NCBI RefSeq assembly: GCF_001194135.2
Contig: NC_068983.1
Location: 82,728,939-82,761,521, forward strand
From: Octopus bimaculoides
Lineage: Eukaryota
Direction of reading: 5' to 3'
DNA: 32,583 nt
Below are positions 26,342 through 32,583 of the stretch, one piece after another. The position numbers were made by a program, and so were the translations under genes. Positions within the stretch are counted from its first letter, which is position 1; every line of letters begins with the position of its first letter. Below the pieces are notes generated by a model. That model ran no database searches and was not told the DNA's origin. It saw only the letters and a list, made by a program, of their open reading frames with translations.

Positions 26342-26590
26342 TGCACTTTGCATTATTTTAGCTTTCGAATGATGCCACTCTGGTGGATAGGCTGGCAGGC
26401 CAACATTCGCCCTAACCGGAAGGCTGGTCCGTTGCGAGGTCACTCACTCAAAGCTGAGTCGACTGGAGTAAACGTGAAATGAAGTGTTTTGCTTAAGAAC
26501 ACAACCCGCCGCTCGGTCCGGGAATCGAAACCCGCAATCTGGTGAATGTGAGGGTAACGCCGTAATAACTTGGCCACGCGCCTTCATACA
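26342..26590 (-). mobile_element. tRNA-headed SINE with a CORE-like central motif
   Basis: Reverse complement reads GAAGGCGCGTGGCC...GGGTTTCGATTCCCGGACC (B-box at 26532-26521), then TGTGTTCTTAAGCAAAACACTT, similar to the CORE-type TGTGTCCTTGGGCAAGxCACTT motif, then a GC-richer tail running into a gap. Confidence 0.7.
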
Positions 26591-26789
26591 CACAGACATA
26601 CACACACAAATTGGGATATGTAACGCACTACCTACAGATCCAACCCATCACTGGAACTGTAAAAATCTGTAAAGCTTTCCAGAAGTTTATCATTTAATTA
26701 TATATGAGCATGTCTAGACATGCAACTATATACATGAGAATACATTCATAAAGCAAAACATACAAATCTGCACATATGCATACAAAAAT

Positions 26790-26886
26790 ATCCTGTTGAT
26801 GTTGAAATTTCAATGAAGGAGACTTGGATCTAGGTTAGAAATCGGCTCTTCCCTATTGGCTAGAAATCATGAAATAAAACTGAATA
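26790..26886 (+). repeat. Fragment of a common octopus interspersed repeat (GTTGAAATT.CAATGAAGGA...GGATCTAGGTTAGAAA...GAAATAAAACTGAATA)
   Basis: Recognition from memory only; no full second copy in the window. Confidence 0.4.
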
Positions 26887-26929
26887 TTGACAGACACATA
26901 TATTTATACATATACGGCGGATTTTCTCG

Positions 26930-27075
26930 TTGATTCCGTCCACATAACTCACTCTCAAGTCAGTAGTTCATGCGTGGCTATAGCATAAGACACATGCCTA
27001 AGATACCGCATAGTGAGACTGGCCGCCAAACTAATGTGGTTGCAAAGCGAAGTTAACGTCACAGCCATGCCTTAC
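26930..27075 (-). mobile_element. 5' part of a SINE of the same family as 30762-31185, more diverged
   Basis: Reverse complement GGCATGGCTGTG...CAACCACAT...CAGTCTCACT...CTTAGGCATGTGTCTT.TGCTATAGCC aligns by eye with 30762-30870. Confidence 0.6.
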
Positions 27076-28216
27076 ATCGTGCTATAAAGCATAGTGTTCT
27101 GTAAGAAAGTAAATTTATACGCTGCTACGTTTTTTCGTCGATGCTTGTTTCAAATACTCACCCAACGGAGAAGCCTACGCATTGATAGTCACATGTACTC
27201 TTAACGTAATTCTGAGAAATAATCTGGCTTATTCGGTTACAAATAATTAATCCAACTCGCTTCCAAACAGTTTCCGTCTAAACAATTTTCTAACAAGTCT
27301 TGAACTGCTATGAGGTTATATGAATGGCAACCATCCTGAAATTATGTTTTTAGAAACTCATAAGTATTACGCTTCGAAATTATCATTGGATAACCTGAAA
27401 ACAATAAATATTAAAATATGATCTCCTTTGTAGTTGTCTCCTATCTTGTTCTAACAAGAATCAATACCTTATTATCTAAAAACATTAATTTAGCAACATT
27501 TTTGTTTTATTTGGGATCCGCTTGTATCTAGAAAGAATGAAATTTTGCAGAACCGATCACTTAAATTTTGAGCTGTCCCTAACAACCCATGATCAACCAT
27601 CTTCTGTGCTGTTCCTGCTGACTCAGCGTGGCTGAAATTACCTATTCAGGTTGAATGTCTGTCTTGGCACTCATTCTGTAATGCTGATATTGCACGAAGA
27701 TTACATTAACGAGTCAAGTATTTGAGGAATACTCAATCATTTACACGATGTATCCAGACACCAAAATACCCACCTTTGGTCTATCTGGTCAGGTGTAGAA
27801 GAATGCAGACCAGTATATTTAAAGCTGGTTTGGCCACAGGAGATACCTGAAAAGTGACGAGTTGAACGCCAGTGCGGCTTTAAGGGCTCCACTTAAAATT
27901 TATCATGAAGCTTTTTTTCATAAAGCAGCGTGGCTACTTACCCAATACTGGGAAATACGTAGCTTTCAGCAATTGCAGTCAGCCAGAGCCATCTAACTCC
28001 GCAAGTTTTGTCATGTAGTGTCATCACGCCTCTAAATATTGATAGAGGCCACAGTGCATGATATTTTCTATCACTCACTAACATTTCTCTCCCAGTTGGT
28101 TTCTTTTATTCTTAGTCTCCTTCCACTTTCTCTCTCTCCTTCAGTCTCTCCTCTCTTTTCTTCTTATACTAAACACTTATATGTTCATCCGAGATATCAA
28201 CTATTTAACTTACAAG

Positions 28217-28401
28217 CTAAAAATAGAACCTCTAGACAGTCACTCAAACTACACGAAATAGCAGCTAAATTAATGATAGAACAAGCAGAAACCTTATTGC
28301 AGGAAGCGACGGAGGCCCTAAATGCTTGTATAGGCATATGTGTAGATGCCTGTATTGCTTCAAACGTTGTCAACGTATATAAATGTATGATTCAGATGCA
28401 G
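28217..28401 (+). CDS. Candidate internal exon (185 nt, phase 1 to phase 0) encoding an alpha-helical, TPR-like segment; gene unidentified
   Basis: Acceptor TTTAACTTACAAG, donor CAG|GTATGT. Open frame AKNRTSRQSLKLHEIAAKLMIEQAETLLQEATEALNACIGICVDACIASNVVNVYKCMIQMQ. The donor could be a by-product of the adjacent (TATG)n repeat. Confidence 0.3.
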
Positions 28402-29066
28402 GTATGTATGTATGTATGTATGTATGTATGTATGTATGTTTGCATATATGCGTGCGTGTGTATACATACATACATACATACATATGTACATACATGACAG
28501 TGTGTATATGAAATTGTTGTAAGGCTGTGGAAACCCATTGACGTGCATTAACGCGAGGAGTGACATGGACTTAGACAGAGCTACTGTAGAACCCACCCGT
28601 GCTTATATGCACACGCCTATACACACCTTATTACGCATTCATATTAATTTGGACTTCGCTTTTGAAATCTCAATTATATTATCGGTTTCTCCTTTAAGAC
28701 GCCTCCCCTATCTTTCTTTTTCTCTCACTATTACCTATTGTCTTTCAGGCACACCTTTCTATTTGAATGATATATTTTCCTACTATTTTCTTTCACCCTT
28801 GCTCTTTGCTTCATTTTCTTCTCATACTTTCTCTCCTTTTTTAACTCTTTTCCTCTCAATCTCTCTCAAACTTGTTTAAAAGAAATTCAGCTAAGTTGTT
28901 TGAAAACTTAAAATTGCATTTTTATACGAAATATTCTTGATGATATATCAAACCTTCATCTTTTCCTACTAGCAACAATCAGCAGCAACAAAATCAACAA
29001 CGTAAAATACCCGTTCTTCTCCTCCAAGTCCAACCAACCTTCATACATACAAACCCCAAAATTACT

Positions 29067-29097
<31 letters not shown>

Positions 29098-29179
29098 AAA
29101 ACAATTAAGCAATTCATATTTTCACATTCAAAACACACACGCACACGTATATACATACATCATCACATGNNNNNNNNNN

Positions 29180-29231
<52 letters not shown>

Positions 29232-29940
29232 CGGAAATGATCGTAGGCAATGACAGTTTGCATTTTGATGGCTGGTGTTGCCACACTAGTAAAAGTAAAG
29301 TGATGGCAGTAAGTGGCAGGGGTAGTGAGGGATCATTATACCCATTTTCCAGTCATACACACTCTGACTCACAAACCCACACACCTATGCACACGTATGC
29401 ACTTTTAATGCGGGCATACATGTAGATCGACATATACAGACACAGAGGCACATGCATAAAGAAATGAGTAATACGTACGAACATAAAAAAATGATTTACA
29501 CAAATACAAAAAAGAAAAAAAATTGAATACAGTTGCAGGAAAAATCATAGGAAGCAACAACTGGCAACAAAAAGTTTGTAGGAAGAAATATAAAAAAATC
29601 TAAATAATAAATAAAATGAATCGTTACGTAATGTTCAATTTACTTAAAAAGCTGCTAATATGTGTGTGTGTATGTGTACGTATGTATACATACATCTATG
29701 TGTGTTTATATATGTATATGTATGTAGTGTGTGTGTACACACACATATCTATCTATCTATCTATATATGCATGTACGTATGTATGTATGTATCTATGTAA
29801 GTGTGTATGTATATATTTTGTATCTATGTATGTATATATTTTGTATGCATATATATATATATGTATGTATATATATATGTATGTATGTATGTATGTACGT
29901 ATTTACGTATGTATGTATGTAGGTATGTATGTATGTACAT
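28402..29940. repeat. Simple-repeat-rich region: (TATG)n/(CATA)n 28402-28495, (AT)n ~29067-29092, (GT)n 29180-29230, degenerate TATG/GT 29660-29940
   Basis: Read directly. Confidence 0.9.
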
Positions 29941-30761
29941 CGTCTTTATAACTTGTTTTTATTTTGCTGCAGTTTGTGAAATTAACTTCAAAATTGATGC
30001 AATTGGAGAATTTGACAACAGTTTGCAGAGGATTTTATATTTCAGATTTCTTACTTCTTTTCTTGTTTTCCTTTTTTTTTTTTTTCCTGTAATTTCTTTT
30101 TCTCGAAATTTCAAACTGATAATTTTTTGTCATTGAAGAACGAAAGTGGAATGAAGGGAGAAAGGAAATCATCAGATGAAATATCTTTCAGAGTATTTCT
30201 ACAAGTCTATCAAAATGTATGTCAACTTCCCTTTATCTAGCCTAATAAATAACATGGTCTTTTCTAGCACCAGTTGAATATCTTATGCTTATGGTATTCA
30301 GTAAAGCTTTATTCGTCCTAGTTCTCCATATACATGCAACTGGTCACACTGAGTTACTTCGCTTAGCTCATTGTTATTTTCATTTATGCAAATGTAAAAG
30401 AAAAAACTACATCATACTTGTGTTTTGTTCATTTTCTATATTTCAAAGTAAATCGCTCTGCTGGAGTAAAAGTAGAACAACTGGTATGCTGATGACACAT
30501 ATAGAGGCAGAAACACGTGTTGCAGTTGTTCTTCTATCTCTAGACAATCAGACGGTTCTTTCCTTAACAGCAAGTGAAATGTGGATAATAATTCTTTATA
30601 CGTTAATTCAGGAACACGTAACTCCTTTGATGGACAAATTCGTCGCCAAACGAGGGAGATTCTCCCATGCCATATAGTTATTTTTATTAGATCACTTCAA
30701 TTTAAATTGTGCAAATTACACCCATGCCAGAAAAGTTTTCAGTTTCTTTTTCTATATGTTT

Positions 30762-31185
30762 AGGTTCGGCTGTGTGGTAAAATGCTTGCTTCCCAATTAC
30801 ATAGTTCCGAGTTCAGTCCCACTGCGTTGCACTTTGGACAAGCGTGTTCTCCTATAGTCTAAGGCCGACCAAAGCCTTTGGTAGATGGAAATTGAAAGAA
30901 GCCTATTGTGTATATGCATGTGTGTATGTATGTGTATGTGTGTGTATGTGTGTATGTGTGTGTGGGTATGTAAGTATGTCTTTGTGTCTGTATTTATCCC
31001 CCCTCATCGCTGACAACTGATGTCGGCGTGTTTACATAGCGGTTCGCCGAAAGGGACCGATGGAATAAGTACTAGGCTTTAGATAAGTCATGGGGTTCGA
31101 TTTGCTTGAGTAAAACTATTCAAGGCTGTGCTCCAGCATGGCCGCAGTCAAATGACTGAAACAAGTAAAATTATAAAAGAAAAGA
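30762..31185 (+). mobile_element. Near full-length tRNA-headed SINE with an internal (GT/TATG) microsatellite and A-rich tail
   Basis: A-box-like GGCTGTGTGG (30768-30777), B-box-like GTTCAGTCCC (30811-30820), internal simple repeat ~30910-30980, 3' end GTGCTCCAGCATGGCCGCAGTCAAATGACTGAAACAAGTAAAA...AAAAGA, recognised as the abundant octopus SINE tail. Confidence 0.8.
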
Positions 31186-31205
31186 CAGTAGCTTCTTTTC
31201 TGCAG

Positions 31206-31306
31206 TTACGTCACACAACTGATGCCTTGACGGCACTGCTAGTGTATAAGACACATGCTCAAGATGTCACCTACTGGGATGGAGCCCGAATCAATGCTGT
31301 TTCCAA
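31206..31306 (+). CDS. Candidate internal exon (101 nt, phase 0 to phase 2), frame-compatible with 28217-28401
   Basis: Acceptor CTTCTTTTCTGCAG, donor AA|GTAAAT, open frame LRHTTDALTALLVYKTHAQDVTYWDGARINAVS. No homology recognised. Confidence 0.22.
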
Positions 31307-32583
31307 GTAAATTTTCAAACACGCAGCCATCAACGGAAACTGAAATCAGAACAATGGTGTTTAAATAAATATTTAAACTATGTTCTTAGATGTTCGAACA
31401 TTTGTGCCAGATTCCGATATATGTCTTTTCGCTCAAAGACCTGACAATCACTTTGAATATTGAGTTCGGTACTTGCTCTCGCCTTTGTAACATCAAGATC
31501 CGTAATACTGGCACTAAGTAATAAAATGTTGTAGTTTAAAGATGTTCAGTTTGCTGCAACACAAATTTGAGAGCTACTATTTTTTAATTGCATTAAATCT
31601 GGGGCGAAGGACACTATCTGAAGAGTTTACACAATCTCTTATTCTAAGATTTAGAAACAACTGAAGTGGATTATGTGATTAATGTTTATTTTGGTAACTT
31701 AAGTTCTCTGTTTGCTGAGAGTAAATATAGATAAGGAGGGAGGTACACAAAAACTCTTTTTCTGCAAAAGGAGTGGACAAAAAGTTTAATATGGAATTTG
31801 GTAGTTGTAATATAATAATACTTAAGAAGTATTGAGGGAAGGGTTAGTTTCATCATATTAACAATAACAAAACTAACATTCCATACGAAACATGTGCTAA
31901 TGAAGCAAAACCTAGTCCATTTATCATTTTGTAATTTAGTTTCTATTCTTATAAACACAGTGAAAATGAAAAGCGTGTGTATGTATATCTATAGCAGTGC
32001 TAAAAGTAGTATTAGCAAAAAGAGTGGAAGAAAGAAGTAACAGAAAGAATATGAGAGTGAAAGAAATTGAGAGACATAAAAAGAAGTAGAATCATACAGT
32101 GTTCACTCATGTCTCAATCCATTTGTTTTCATAATAAAACCTCAAATTAATTTGTTATAATTTACATCAGCCTGTAAACATTAATTAAACAGATGGAGTC
32201 CGTGTTGATAATATTAACTTAACATGTTGCAACAAACTAATTTTGCAGCAAATTTCATTAGCTTACAATTGCATTAAAACAAATGATGTAATTATTTCCT
32301 TCTAATAAACTACCTGCAAGAGTTCAATATCAATTTAATAAATGTTCCAAATTAACCAATCTCTACTAATAAAAATACCACTGTAAGCTCATTACTCTTC
32401 AAATTCTCAATTAACAAACTAAGAATGTCTCCAAATTCAATTCACAAGATGGTTATAATTATTACAGCTGTTGACTAAAACATGTTAATATTTCAAATAG
32501 AAATTCATTTCTGCTTTAAGTATCACATATTATACATATATGCATTCATGCATATATACACTAATGTATCTATGTATATATAT

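Noticed and set aside
27942-28031. Minus-strand 90-nt exon-like segment with a GTAAGT donor
   Set aside because: The next good acceptor (~27848) gives an early stop, and no homology was recognised; chance-level.
30285-30677. 130-aa plus-strand ORF
   Set aside because: No recognisable motif or convincing donor, and its length is near what chance allows in a window this size. Left uncalled.

Overview
AT-rich, microsatellite-dense eukaryotic DNA with many assembly gaps. The repeat families and composition look like an octopus (cephalopod) genome, which is my inference from recognition and not a database result. Nearly all long ORFs in the supplied track are artefacts of (AT)n/(GT)n/(AAT)n repeats or N gaps. 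The best-supported content is transposon debris: the 3' end of an R4/Dong-like non-LTR retrotransposon with an (AAT)n tail (1-363); an older, nearly full-length, shattered R4-like copy (about 2760-5645); a degraded mariner (about 20266-21400); a 240-bp Tc1/mariner-type MITE; and several tRNA-headed SINEs. By-eye motif matching also suggests two very decayed Ty3/Gypsy pol fossils on the minus strand (about 8763-13100 and 23780-24410). No host gene can be named; two plus-strand candidate exons (28217-28401, 31206-31306) are low confidence. The least explained element is a ~71% GC, CpG-rich, hairpin-forming island at 17079-17280 that lies between two copies of a 76-nt repeat. I found no well-supported novel biological system. 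All protein assignments are by-eye comparisons with remembered consensus motifs and need HMM/BLAST confirmation.
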